Part shown: piece after piece, positions 8,297-18,086 of the stretch | Numbering within the stretch: position 1 is the stretch's first letter | How the letters are laid out: each line of letters begins with the position of its first letter | Origin: a virus | Taxonomy: Duplodnaviria > Caudoviricetes | Virus record (IMG/VR): IMGVR_UViG_3300032219_000562 | Coordinates: 1-28,366 of that record | Strand: one strand, 5' to 3' | Length of the DNA: 28,366 nucleotides | Notes under the pieces: model-generated | What the model was told of the DNA's origin: nothing | The model's input: only the letters and a program-made list of their open reading frames with translations | The model's database searches: none | Made by a program: the position numbers and the translations under genes

Positions 8297-10705
8297 ATGC
8301 CATTTACTTTTCCTAGCAACCCTGCAACGAATGATACTTATACATTAAACGGAAGAGTTTATACGTGGAATGGTTCGGCATGGGATCTTAGTCTTACATA
8401 TATCCCACCAGCATCAGTATCTAATGTTTTTTGTACGATAACGTCAGATATCTATGATTTGTATAGCACAAGTGAAGGAAGTGATTCATTAGTTTCTGGT
8501 ATTAGATCCGGTAATCAAATGAGAGCAAACTTAACTTTTACTTTTACCGATGCTAATAATGCTCCGATTTTAGTTAATCCTTTTAGTGCAGATGAAGTAG
8601 TTGTAACAAATGGCACAATATCGGGTATAAGTCCAAATGCAATATCAAGTATATTTACCTCCGTGTTCACTATGGACACTTTGGAAGATTTTGGTTCTTT
8701 TCAACCAACACCAAAAATAGCAGGTGGTATACGAAATGGATTTAATGCGACAATTGTTTTACCAAAAAATAGTACCATATCTACAGCACAATATGGAAGC
8801 AATTATAATCAAGAATCAAACACAGCAATATTAAATTTGTATCCATTCTTAACAGCAGTAGTAGAGCCGCCTCGTAATGTTGGTCAATATATATTTAATT
8901 CAGGAACATACACTTGCAATGTCAGAATACTTCCTTCTGATATGGGTGCTAGAATAACCAGTGGTACTGGTGTAAACAATTTTGATATCTCTGATATGAT
9001 TTTGAGTTCAACGGCAACAGGAATATCAAATGCTGCAACACTAGGAATAGTTGCAGGATTAAGAACTTTTAACGTAACTGTTACCAGTGCAGCAGCCGGT
9101 ATTGCAACAATATATGTTAATCCATTGTCATTTAGAGACAACGCAAGAACCAGTGTGTTTAATCAGATAGGAAAAAAACTTAAACTATATGTTGCAGCAA
9201 ATACATTAAACGCTATTTTTTTCAATTATTCATCAAATTTTGGTGCAAGTGGAATAGGAAATAATACTACTGTTACTTATAAAGTAAGTCCTTCTGTGTC
9301 ATTTTTTACTAGAAACCTTATGAATACTAGTAATAGTATAGCAATAAGTAAATTTGATGCAACGGTTGGAACAATTTCAAATTTTAGAGAAGCCACTGAT
9401 GATGCTACTTCATATCTGTTCGATTATACTCCACCATCAAATCAAGAAGGTAATGTAACTATATCCGTAGTAGGAGGATACAGTTATGTTGGTGATACGC
9501 AAACAAAAAACCTACGATCTGGAAATATCACAACTTCTTATGCAACCAACTCATTTACCCCTAATGCGATCAATCCTGGAAAAGATTTATTGGCAGCACC
9601 TGACACTACTATCATTATTCAATTTAATAGAAATATAAACACTAGAAATGTACAAAATATTATAGTGTCTAGTGGTGCAACTATATATCCAATACTCAGT
9701 AATTCTGTTTCTTCTAATACTTTGACATTAGGAGTAGATTTACCATTAAATACTGCAATTACAGTAACAGTATCAGCAAATACTGCGAACGATTTCTATA
9801 ATAATTTTTCGGTTGCAAATACTTTTCAATATACTACTACTTCTACTCTTATAAAAGAAGTAATATTTAATTCACCAGGAACATACTCTTGGACTGTTCC
9901 TACTAGTGCAAGTAATGTTAGTATTGTTGCTGTTGGACCTGGAGGATATACTTCGGTTCGCGGAGCATATCAAACAAGTGCCGGCGATGATTATATAAAC
10001 ACTTATAGATTAAATTCTGCTGGCGGTGGAGGCGGATTAGCTTATATTAATGATATATCAGTAAATCAAGGGGACATTTATACAGTTGTAGTTGGAAGCG
10101 GAAGAGGTGATGCTTCTAGCAGTCTTGCAAATACTAGAGTTGTATCTGCAAATGGCACTATTATAGTAAGAGCATATCAAGGTTCTTTTGCTCCACAAGG
10201 AAATATTAACTATAGTTCATCTTCTGCTGGAGATGTTGCAAATACCGCAGATCAACCAGGAGGATCCTATGATGGAATTTCTGGAGTAGTTGGAGCAGTA
10301 GGAGGAACAGGAAGAAATTATGGTGGCGGTGGAGCAGCAGGATATTTAGGAAATGGAGGAGATGGATCCAACACTGCTGGTGTTGGTACTGCTACAGTAG
10401 GTTCTGGAGGAGGTGCCGGTGGAAGAATAAACGCATTGATTTCTCCTGGAGGAATAGGTCTATATGGTACTACAGTAGGCTTCGCACCTGATTTGAATTT
10501 CACAAATGCATATGTTGGTGCAGGTCAAATAGGTTACGGTGCAGGAAATAGATACGCTTGGAGCGGAGAGTTTGCCTACAGTACCATAAATTTTGATACG
10601 ACTCCAGATATACCATATGATGATCTTGCAGGATCTAGTGGTGCGGTTCGAATAATATATAATTCATCTTCTACATTGAGATTTCCAAGTAATGCAACCT
10701 TATAA
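8297..10705 (+). CDS. Large virion structural protein with Ig-like beta domains and a C-terminal Gly-rich module
   Basis: 802 aa. N-terminal FPSNP...YT.NGRVYTWNGSAW motif typical of T4-like fibre/structural proteins, Ser/Thr/Asn-rich beta segments including P.TTIIIQFN (Ig-like), and C-terminal PGTYSWTVP...VAVGPGG...GGGGGLAY...GAVRIIY. Confidence 0.7.
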   Translation: MPFTFPSNPATNDTYTLNGRVYTWNGSAWDLSLTYIPPASVSNVFCTITSDIYDLYSTSEGSDSLVSGIRSGNQMRANLTFTFTDANNAPILVNPFSADEVVVTNGTISGISPNAISSIFTSVFTMDTLEDFGSFQPTPKIAGGIRNGFNATIVLPKNSTISTAQYGSNYNQESNTAILNLYPFLTAVVEPPRNVGQYIFNSGTYTCNVRILPSDMGARITSGTGVNNFDISDMILSSTATGISNAATLGIVAGLRTFNVTVTSAAAGIATIYVNPLSFRDNARTSVFNQIGKKLKLYVAANTLNAIFFNYSSNFGASGIGNNTTVTYKVSPSVSFFTRNLMNTSNSIAISKFDATVGTISNFREATDDATSYLFDYTPPSNQEGNVTISVVGGYSYVGDTQTKNLRSGNITTSYATNSFTPNAINPGKDLLAAPDTTIIIQFNRNINTRNVQNIIVSSGATIYPILSNSVSSNTLTLGVDLPLNTAITVTVSANTANDFYNNFSVANTFQYTTTSTLIKEVIFNSPGTYSWTVPTSASNVSIVAVGPGGYTSVRGAYQTSAGDDYINTYRLNSAGGGGGLAYINDISVNQGDIYTVVVGSGRGDASSSLANTRVVSANGTIIVRAYQGSFAPQGNINYSSSSAGDVANTADQPGGSYDGISGVVGAVGGTGRNYGGGGAAGYLGNGGDGSNTAGVGTATVGSGGGAGGRINALISPGGIGLYGTTVGFAPDLNFTNAYVGAGQIGYGAGNRYAWSGEFAYSTINFDTTPDIPYDDLAGSSGAVRIIYNSSSTLRFPSNATL

Positions 10706-10720
10706 TTATGGAACAAAATA

Positions 10721-11140
10721 ATGTCTAAGTTTGAAAAAAATATGAGTGATATTTTTGATGTATCACCAACAGTCGTAAAAGAAAATCCCATTGTTGTTAA
10801 AGAACCTATTGCAAATGACAATGAAAGATTAGATAATGACTTACAAAAAGATTATAACAAAGTTCGCCAAAATTATGAAGAAATAATTAATAAAGGTGTT
10901 GACGCTATTGATTCCATTCTTGAGATAGCCAGAGAATCTGAACATCCAAGAGCATTTGAAGTTGCAGCAACAATGATTAAAAACGTTGCCGATGCTAACG
11001 AAAAACTAATTATTCTGCAAAAACAAATGCGAGAAATGAACAAAGCAGCAGGAAAAGAACAAACTAGCACAAAGATAGACAAAGCAATATTTGTTGGAAG
11101 CACGGCAGACTTAAACAAAATGCTGAAAGGTAAAGAATGA
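10721..11140 (+). CDS. g16: Terminase small subunit gp16
   Basis: DY..VRQNY, A.ESEHPRAFEVAATMIK and C-terminal IFVGST.DL.KML motifs of T4-like gp16. Confidence 0.93.
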   Translation: MSKFEKNMSDIFDVSPTVVKENPIVVKEPIANDNERLDNDLQKDYNKVRQNYEEIINKGVDAIDSILEIARESEHPRAFEVAATMIKNVADANEKLIILQKQMREMNKAAGKEQTSTKIDKAIFVGSTADLNKMLKGKE

Positions 11141-11778
11141 TACACTTCAAACATTTGCGAGAAGAAGCACAAGAACGAAAAGATCCAAAATCTAAGACAC
11201 TTCATGCATTTGATATGGATGAAGTATTGTTTCATCATGACCACTCAAAACTCAAAGTTCATGTTAATGATAAGAGTAATAAAAGAGTGAAGTCTTTGAC
11301 TAATACAGAATACAATACCCATAAACTAGAACCGGGTCACCATTATGATTATAGCGATTTTAGATCACATAAAGTATTTCAACAGTCTGCTCATCCTATT
11401 CATAAGATGATTAATAAGTTAAAAGCAATTCATAAAAATAATAAAAATGTTGAAATTGTAACTGCTCGATCAGACATGGATGATAAGCATGGTTTTATGA
11501 AAACACTAAAACATAATGGTATTGATCCACATCAAATACATGTGCGTAGAGCCGGCAATATTGGTGCTGCTAATCCAGCAGAGGCAAAACACAAAGTCAT
11601 TGGTGATTTAATTAAAAAACATGGATACAAAAAAGTGCATCTATATGATGATTCACAAGAAAATTTACATAAATTTAAAAAATTAAAAAATGACCATCCA
11701 GATGTTGAGTTTCATGCACACCATGTTAGCCATGATCCAGAAACAGGACATGTAAAAATATCTACAACAAAAGCATAA
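11137..11778 (+). CDS. Histidine-rich HAD-superfamily phosphatase-like protein
   Basis: HAD motif I (AFDMDEVL), motif II (IVTAR), motif III Lys (AEAK) and motif IV (LYDDS). About 28 His in 213 aa by hand count. ATGA overlap with the g16 stop. Confidence 0.75.
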   Translation: MIHFKHLREEAQERKDPKSKTLHAFDMDEVLFHHDHSKLKVHVNDKSNKRVKSLTNTEYNTHKLEPGHHYDYSDFRSHKVFQQSAHPIHKMINKLKAIHKNNKNVEIVTARSDMDDKHGFMKTLKHNGIDPHQIHVRRAGNIGAANPAEAKHKVIGDLIKKHGYKKVHLYDDSQENLHKFKKLKNDHPDVEFHAHHVSHDPETGHVKISTTKA

Positions 11779-11779
11779 A

Positions 11780-12178
11780 ATGAAAGCTTTTATAGAGTAT
11801 ATTAAAGAGTCTGAAGAAGAACACACCTCTGAATGGATGTCAAGTTCTGATTTGACCAAACATATACCCAAAACTGCACTTAAACAAATTCACGCCAGTA
11901 AAGAACATAGAATATTAGCAAATCATGATCTTGCACATGGTGGTTCTGGACATCTGCATTATAGAATTAAAACCAAGTCATATGACGACTTTAAAGTAAG
12001 AAAAGTTCAAGTTGCTTCTTCTAAAAAAGATAAAGATGGATTTACTCATCATGCATCATATCATTTAGGAGTAAGAAGTGCAAGTCCATATGAGCATGTA
12101 AAAACTCATTACCAAAGAAAAGTTACTGTTCCTTGGCATATGAAAGACGATGAAGTTAAAAAAACCACGCAAAGATAA
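11780..12178 (+). CDS. Histidine/lysine-rich hypothetical protein, probable internal head protein
   Basis: N-terminus MKAFIEYIKE aligns with the T4 internal-protein targeting peptide MKTYQEFIAE. About 14 His in 132 aa. Its stop overlaps the g17 start (TAATG). Confidence 0.65.
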   Translation: MKAFIEYIKESEEEHTSEWMSSSDLTKHIPKTALKQIHASKEHRILANHDLAHGGSGHLHYRIKTKSYDDFKVRKVQVASSKKDKDGFTHHASYHLGVRSASPYEHVKTHYQRKVTVPWHMKDDEVKKTTQR

Positions 12179-13872
12179 TGACTATATTAAACAAAGATTC
12201 ATATAGAGATAATCCTCTGCTCAAACGAGCCGGGGTAAAAATGGAATATACAAAAGAGCAGATAGAAGAATATATTAAATGTTCTAAAGACCCAATATAC
12301 TTTGCTGAGAAATACATTCAAATTGTTAACGTTGATGAAGGTTTGATGCCTTTTAGAATGTGGGACTTTCAGCGTGAGATGATTAAGACATATCATGAGA
12401 ACCGTTTTTCTATTACCAAATGTCCTCGTCAGGTAGGTAAGACTACTACCACAGTTGCATACTTGCTTTGGTTGTCTATTTTTCAAGATACACAAAACAT
12501 TGCTGTTCTTGCTAACAAAGGACAACTAGCCAGAGACATCCTTGCAAAATATCAACTAGCATATGAAAATCTTCCTATGTGGTTGCAGCAAGGTGTCATT
12601 ACATGGAACAAAGGTTCAGTCGAACTTGAGAATGGATCAAAAGTTATTGCTGCTGCTACTTCTTCATCAGCAGTTCGTGGTGGATCTTTCAACGTAGTAT
12701 TCTTAGATGAATTTGCGTTCGTACCTTCAAACATAGCACACGAATTCTTCAACTCTGTTTATCCAGTTATTTCTTCTGGTAAAACAACAAAGATTATTAT
12801 TGTATCTACTCCAAATGGTATGAACTTGTTCTACAAGTTATGGATGGATGCAAAAGATAAAAAGAACAACTACAAAACATTTGAAATTCACTGGTCAATG
12901 GTACCAGGAAGAACAGCAGAGTGGCGTGAAGAAACTATTCGAAATACTTCTGAACGACAGTTCCAACAAGAATTTGAAACTGAATTTTTAGGTTCTACGA
13001 ATACACTGATAGCTGGTTCTAAACTTCAACATTTAGTGTATACTGAACCTGTAGAGAAAAAAAGAATCGCTAAAGAAGAAATTCTTGATGTATATGAAGC
13101 ACCTATTATAGGTGATGGAGAAACAACTAAAGACCATGTATATGCTATCTGTGTAGATGTTGCAGAAGGTAAAAACATGGATTTGTCTGCGCTATCAGTC
13201 ATAGACATATCAGAAACACCGTATAGGCAAGTAGCTAAATATGCTAGTTCGTTTATTTCTCCTGTATTGTTTCCAACAATTATCTATAATACTGCCAAAT
13301 ATTATAATAATGCCTATGTTTTGGTAGAAATTAATAATACTCCACAGATAGCTGAGATTCTACATGGAGAAATGGAATATGAGAATGTATTGAAAGTTCA
13401 AACTGGAAACAAGAAAGCACAACAAATCTCAGCAGGTTTTGGAAGAGGAGTTCAACTTGGGGTTAAAATGAGTACCCAAGTCAAACGAATTGGTTGTACA
13501 AACTTAAAAACACTCATAGAAACCGACAAATTAATAGTAAAAGATTTTGATACCATTTCAGAATTCACTTCATTTGTTTCCGACGGAGTAACATGGAAAG
13601 CAGAAGAAGGTAAGACCGATGATATGGTAATGACTTTAGTCATGTTTGCATGGATAACAACTCAAAAATATTTTAAAGATGTTGTAAACCACGACTTGAG
13701 AAAACAACTCCAGCTGGAAAAATTAAGCCAGACGGACGAAGAAACAATCCCAGCTCCAATTATAGACAATGGGTTAGATGTTCCTTTTTTAGTAGAAGGT
13801 GGAGATATCTGGGTTACAGGAAGTCAGGGCGAAGTTTATGCTGAGTATTTTAGAGAAATAATGAGGAACTGA
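12178..13872 (+). CDS. g17: Terminase large subunit gp17
   Basis: Walker A PRQVGKTTT, Walker B VVFLDEFAF, coupling motif IVSTPNG, and nuclease residues CVDVAEG and DDMVM. Confidence 0.97.
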   Translation: MTILNKDSYRDNPLLKRAGVKMEYTKEQIEEYIKCSKDPIYFAEKYIQIVNVDEGLMPFRMWDFQREMIKTYHENRFSITKCPRQVGKTTTTVAYLLWLSIFQDTQNIAVLANKGQLARDILAKYQLAYENLPMWLQQGVITWNKGSVELENGSKVIAAATSSSAVRGGSFNVVFLDEFAFVPSNIAHEFFNSVYPVISSGKTTKIIIVSTPNGMNLFYKLWMDAKDKKNNYKTFEIHWSMVPGRTAEWREETIRNTSERQFQQEFETEFLGSTNTLIAGSKLQHLVYTEPVEKKRIAKEEILDVYEAPIIGDGETTKDHVYAICVDVAEGKNMDLSALSVIDISETPYRQVAKYASSFISPVLFPTIIYNTAKYYNNAYVLVEINNTPQIAEILHGEMEYENVLKVQTGNKKAQQISAGFGRGVQLGVKMSTQVKRIGCTNLKTLIETDKLIVKDFDTISEFTSFVSDGVTWKAEEGKTDDMVMTLVMFAWITTQKYFKDVVNHDLRKQLQLEKLSQTDEETIPAPIIDNGLDVPFLVEGGDIWVTGSQGEVYAEYFREIMRN

Positions 13873-13877
13873 CATAT

Positions 13878-13926
13878 TCTAAATATACAGTATAGTATTA
13901 TATACCTGCCAAATTTATAATAAATA
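13878..13926 (+). promoter_or_regulatory. Putative late promoter region for g18 (TCTAAATA 13878..13885; AATAAATA 13919..13926)
   Basis: Two one-mismatch TATAAATA variants in the g17-g18 gap, followed by an AAGGAG ribosome-binding site. Confidence 0.45.
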
Positions 13927-13937
13927 AGGAGAAAAAA

Positions 13938-15689
13938 ATGGCAATTCAGTTATCTCCAGGAGTAAGCGTTACCGAAGTTGATTTAACAACGGTTGTTCCT
14001 TCGGTTTCCACATCAACTGGTGCATTTGTTGGAAATTTTGAATGGGGTCCAGCAAATGTCAGAGTTACGATAGATAGTGAAAACACTTTAGCTAGTGTTT
14101 TTGGTACACCAAATTCAAACACATACGCCTCATTCTTTACAGCAGCTAGTTTTTTAGCATACGCTAATGACCTGCGTGTTGTACGTTCTGTTAATGCCAA
14201 TGTAAAGACAGCCTCAGGAAACAGCTCCGCATCTCTACAAATTACCAATGAAGATGTTTATGAAACCAATTATTTAAACGGAAATAATGCAAATACTTAT
14301 GGTGCATTTGCTGCTAGATACATAGGCGCATTAGGAAATGCTATTCAAGTTGACACATTTGATAATAGTTCAACAGCAACTTTTGCAAATACGGTTATCG
14401 TTTCGGGTGGTGTTTCTAGATCATGGTCTAGTGTAGTTAACGGTGCTCCAGGAACATCATCTTATACAAATAATGCTGGCGGTTCTAACGATGAATTCCA
14501 CATTGTTGTCACTGATAATACAGGAGAAATTAGTGGAATAAAAGGTAGCGTTCTAGAAGTTTTCTCATATGTTTCTAAAGCGATTGATGCTGTAGATGGA
14601 AATAACCAAACCACATATTGGAAAAATGTTGTTTATACAGGTTCAAAATATATCTATGCTATGGATCCTCCTGACTTTAGTAATACAAGTTCAACATGGG
14701 GTTCTTTGGCAGCAAATAAAGTTTTTGCTAGAACAAGCACAGCAAATACATTTGTGGATCTAGTTGGTGGTACCAATGCTGCACGAACAGATGCAAACCT
14801 TATAACTGGATACAATTTGTTTGCTGACTCAGATGTTGTAGACATTTCTTTCGTATTGACTGGAGACGCTAGTGTTACTGTTCAGCAACATGTTATAGAT
14901 AATATTGTAACTCCAGCTGGTTCTGCAACAGGACGTTCTGGTGATTCAGTTGCGTTTATTTCTCCAAGATATTCTGATGTAGTTAATCAAGGTGGAGTTG
15001 AGACAGACAATATTAAAAATTGGTTAAATACATTAAATCGTTCAAGCTCATATACTGTTGTTGATTCTGGTTGGAAGTATATGTACGACAAATACAATGG
15101 TGTATATCGTTACGTTCCACTAAATGGTGATATTGCTGGCTTATGTGCATTTACAGATAATGTTCGTGACCCATGGTACTCACCTGCTGGATTTAATCGT
15201 GGTGCTATTAAGAATGCTGTTAAGCTTGCATGGAATCCAAATCAAACACAAAGAGACATTCTATATCCATTAGGAGTTAACCCAGTTGTTACATTCCCAG
15301 GACAAGGAATTGTTCTTTATGGTGATAAGACTCTACAATCTAAACCTTCTGCATTTGATAGAATCAACGTTCGCCGTTTATTCATAGTTCTAGAAAAAGC
15401 TATTTCTAGAGCATCTAAGTTTTCTTTATTTGAATTTAACGATGATTTTACACGTGCCCAATTTGTAGCACTTGTTGCTCCATTCCTGCGTGATGTACAA
15501 GGACGCCGTGGTATATATGACTTCCGTGTCGTATGCGATACAACAAATAATACACCACAAATTATTGATACTAATCAATTTGTTGGTGACATTTACATCA
15601 AGCCTGCTCGTTCTATCAACTTTATCAGACTTAACTTTATTGCAGTTGGGACAGGTGTTCAGTTCACAGAAGTTACTGGTGCTATCTAA
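13938..15689 (+). CDS. g18: Contractile tail sheath protein gp18
   Basis: LSPGVSVTEVDLT, FEWGP, WYSPAGFNRG, SAFDRINVRRLF and YIKPARSINFI motifs. Confidence 0.97.
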   Translation: MAIQLSPGVSVTEVDLTTVVPSVSTSTGAFVGNFEWGPANVRVTIDSENTLASVFGTPNSNTYASFFTAASFLAYANDLRVVRSVNANVKTASGNSSASLQITNEDVYETNYLNGNNANTYGAFAARYIGALGNAIQVDTFDNSSTATFANTVIVSGGVSRSWSSVVNGAPGTSSYTNNAGGSNDEFHIVVTDNTGEISGIKGSVLEVFSYVSKAIDAVDGNNQTTYWKNVVYTGSKYIYAMDPPDFSNTSSTWGSLAANKVFARTSTANTFVDLVGGTNAARTDANLITGYNLFADSDVVDISFVLTGDASVTVQQHVIDNIVTPAGSATGRSGDSVAFISPRYSDVVNQGGVETDNIKNWLNTLNRSSSYTVVDSGWKYMYDKYNGVYRYVPLNGDIAGLCAFTDNVRDPWYSPAGFNRGAIKNAVKLAWNPNQTQRDILYPLGVNPVVTFPGQGIVLYGDKTLQSKPSAFDRINVRRLFIVLEKAISRASKFSLFEFNDDFTRAQFVALVAPFLRDVQGRRGIYDFRVVCDTTNNTPQIIDTNQFVGDIYIKPARSINFIRLNFIAVGTGVQFTEVTGAI

Positions 15690-15695
15690 TAAATA
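15688..15695 (+). promoter_or_regulatory. Putative late promoter variant (AATAAATA) for g19
   Basis: Overlaps the g18 stop codon. Followed by AAGGAG and the g19 ATG. Confidence 0.5.
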
Positions 15696-15714
15696 AAAGA
15701 ACAAGGAGAAAAGA

Positions 15715-16257
15715 ATGGCTTTTAATGTATCAGAGTTCAGAGCAAATATGATTGGAGACGGTGCCCGTCCTAATCTATTTTCTGTGACATTAATCTTTCC
15801 AACAATAGCGGCAAATGGTTCAGCAGCAGGTCAAAAAACAACATTTATGGCCAAATCTGCACAATTGCCTGGATCAACAGTCGGAACTGTTCCTGTTTAT
15901 TATTTTGGTCGTGAATTAAAATTTGCAGGAAACAGATCCTTTGCTGATTGGACATTAAATATTATCAACGATGAAGATTTTAGTATCAGAAATTCTTTAG
16001 AATCGTGGATGAATGCAATCAACAGTCATGCAGGAAACGTAAGAAATGGTGCAGCAGGAAATCCTGCAGGTTATACTGTTGATGCAATAGTCACTCAATT
16101 TGGAAAAACAGGCAATACTCTTAAAACATATAAGTTTATTGGTATGTTTCCAGTAGATATTGCACCAATTGATTTAGATTGGAGTAACAATGATTCCATC
16201 GAGGAATATTCTACTACATTCGCATATCAATGGTGGGAATCACAAACAACAACTTAA
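15715..16257 (+). CDS. g19: Tail tube protein gp19
   Basis: GARPNLF, AQLPGST.G.VPV.YFGR.LKFAG.R.F.DW...INDEDF..R and I.LDW...D.IEEY...F.YQWW motifs. Confidence 0.96.
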   Translation: MAFNVSEFRANMIGDGARPNLFSVTLIFPTIAANGSAAGQKTTFMAKSAQLPGSTVGTVPVYYFGRELKFAGNRSFADWTLNIINDEDFSIRNSLESWMNAINSHAGNVRNGAAGNPAGYTVDAIVTQFGKTGNTLKTYKFIGMFPVDIAPIDLDWSNNDSIEEYSTTFAYQWWESQTTT

Positions 16258-16269
16258 TTGAATTTTTTT

Positions 16270-16290
16270 GAGAGCCTTCGGGCTCTCTTT
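16270..16290 (+). terminator. Intrinsic terminator / stabilising hairpin after g19
   Basis: GAGAGCC-TTCG-GGCTCTC followed by TTT; a C(UUCG)G tetraloop typical of T4-like phages. Confidence 0.85.
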
Positions 16291-16326
16291 ATGCTATTTT
16301 GATTTTATAATGCAAGGAGAAATATT

Positions 16327-18054
16327 TTGGCGCTAAATTTATTTGGCTTTACTGTATCAAGACAAAAGACTGAAGAAGAATCGTTAGTCCAGCAATCGTT
16401 TGCTCCACCAAACAGCGATGATGGTGCGTTGACTATTACTTCTGCGGCTTATTATGGTACGTATGTTGATTTAGATGGTACTGCAAAAAATGAAGTAGAA
16501 CTAATTTCTCGATACAGAGAAATGGCAATGCAGCCAGAAATTGAATCTGCTATTGACGATATTATTAACGAAGCTATTGTACAAGATGATGATGGTAGGA
16601 ATGTTAAAATTATCTTAGATGATTTAAAGCAGCCAGATAAAATTAAAAAAGCAATACAAGATGAATTTCAAGTTGTCTTGAGACTATTGAACTACAATAA
16701 TATGGCTCAAGATATATTCAGAAGATACTATATTGATGGCAGATTATTCTATCATATTGTTATTGATAGAGAAAATCCAATTGGTGGTATTAAAGAATTA
16801 CGTTATATTGATCCAAGAAAAATACGCAAAGTTCGTGAATTGAGAAAAAAGAAAGATGAAAGAACTGGCGTAGAGATTATGACTACAGTAAATGAGTATT
16901 ACATTTACAATGAAAAAGCAATTACTGGGACACAATCAAATTTTGGTCCTATAGGTACAAGAATCACAAAAGATTCAATCATTAATATTAATTCTGGTTT
17001 GATGGATGCTCGTAGAGCAGTTGTTCTTTCGTATCTACATAAAGCAATCAAACCTCTTAATCAATTACGTATGATTGAAGATGCAACGGTTATCTATCGT
17101 ATTTCTAGAGCACCAGAACGTAGAATATTTTATATTGATGTAGGTAATCTGCCTAAGCTTAAAGCTGAACAATACCTGCGTGATATTATGGTTAAATACA
17201 AGAACAAACTTGTTTACGATGCAAATACTGGTGAAGTTCGTGATGACCGTAAATTCTTATCAATGATGGAAGACTTTTGGTTGCCACGCAGAGAAGGTGG
17301 TAAAGGAACAGAAATTACTACATTGCCTGGTGGACAAAATCTTGGTGAACTAGAAGATGTTAAATATTTTGAGAAAAAATTATACAAAGCATTAAATGTA
17401 CCATTCTCAAGATTAGAATCGGCATCAGGTTTTACTATTGGTCGTTCAACAGAAATTGATCGTGATGAATTAAAGTTTTCAAAATTCATCAATAGAATGC
17501 GTAACAAATTTTCAGAATTGTTTGATAGCGCATTAAGAATTCAATGTGTTCTGAAAGGTATCTGTACAGATGCAGAATTTACAGAATTTAAAGAACATAT
17601 GTATTATGATTTTATAAGAGATAATAATTTTGCTGAATTAAAAGAAGCAGAATTAATTGCAAACAGAGTATCGTTGTTGCAACAAGTTGATCCGTATACA
17701 GGAATATATTATTCTATGGGATGGATTCGTAGAAATGTTCTTCGTATGGATGATGACGAAATTAAACTTATTGATCAAGAAATTGAAAAAGAAAAAACAA
17801 ATGGATTTGAAGTTCCAACAGAAGTGCAAAATGCTGTTAATCAACAAAAGATGATGACTGACATCCAAATGGATGCACAAAATCAACAAAATCAACAGCA
17901 AATGCAACAAGATACTGTAGCACAGCAACAACAAGAGCAACCAAATGAAAAGCCTACACAGAAGGCAAAAGAAAAAGTAAAGTCAAGTTCCAATTCTGCT
18001 GATTTGAGTTTATCTGAACATTCTATGGTTAGAAGATTAACCAGAATATTATAA
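16327..18054 (+). CDS. g20: Portal vertex protein gp20 (TTG start)
   Basis: LFGF N-terminus, ELRYIDPRKIR, IYRISRAPERRIFYIDVGNLPK.KAEQYL and EDFWLPRREGGKGTEITTLPGGQNLG. AAGGAGA lies 6 nt before the TTG. Confidence 0.97.
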   Translation: MALNLFGFTVSRQKTEEESLVQQSFAPPNSDDGALTITSAAYYGTYVDLDGTAKNEVELISRYREMAMQPEIESAIDDIINEAIVQDDDGRNVKIILDDLKQPDKIKKAIQDEFQVVLRLLNYNNMAQDIFRRYYIDGRLFYHIVIDRENPIGGIKELRYIDPRKIRKVRELRKKKDERTGVEIMTTVNEYYIYNEKAITGTQSNFGPIGTRITKDSIININSGLMDARRAVVLSYLHKAIKPLNQLRMIEDATVIYRISRAPERRIFYIDVGNLPKLKAEQYLRDIMVKYKNKLVYDANTGEVRDDRKFLSMMEDFWLPRREGGKGTEITTLPGGQNLGELEDVKYFEKKLYKALNVPFSRLESASGFTIGRSTEIDRDELKFSKFINRMRNKFSELFDSALRIQCVLKGICTDAEFTEFKEHMYYDFIRDNNFAELKEAELIANRVSLLQQVDPYTGIYYSMGWIRRNVLRMDDDEIKLIDQEIEKEKTNGFEVPTEVQNAVNQQKMMTDIQMDAQNQQNQQQMQQDTVAQQQQEQPNEKPTQKAKEKVKSSSNSADLSLSEHSMVRRLTRIL

Positions 18055-18057
18055 ATA
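18050..18057 (+). promoter_or_regulatory. T4-type late promoter TATAAATA
   Basis: Exact gp55 consensus containing the g20 stop, about 30 nt before the next ATG. Confidence 0.75.
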
Positions 18058-18086
18058 GTACGTTCATTTTTAATTAAAGGAAAAAC

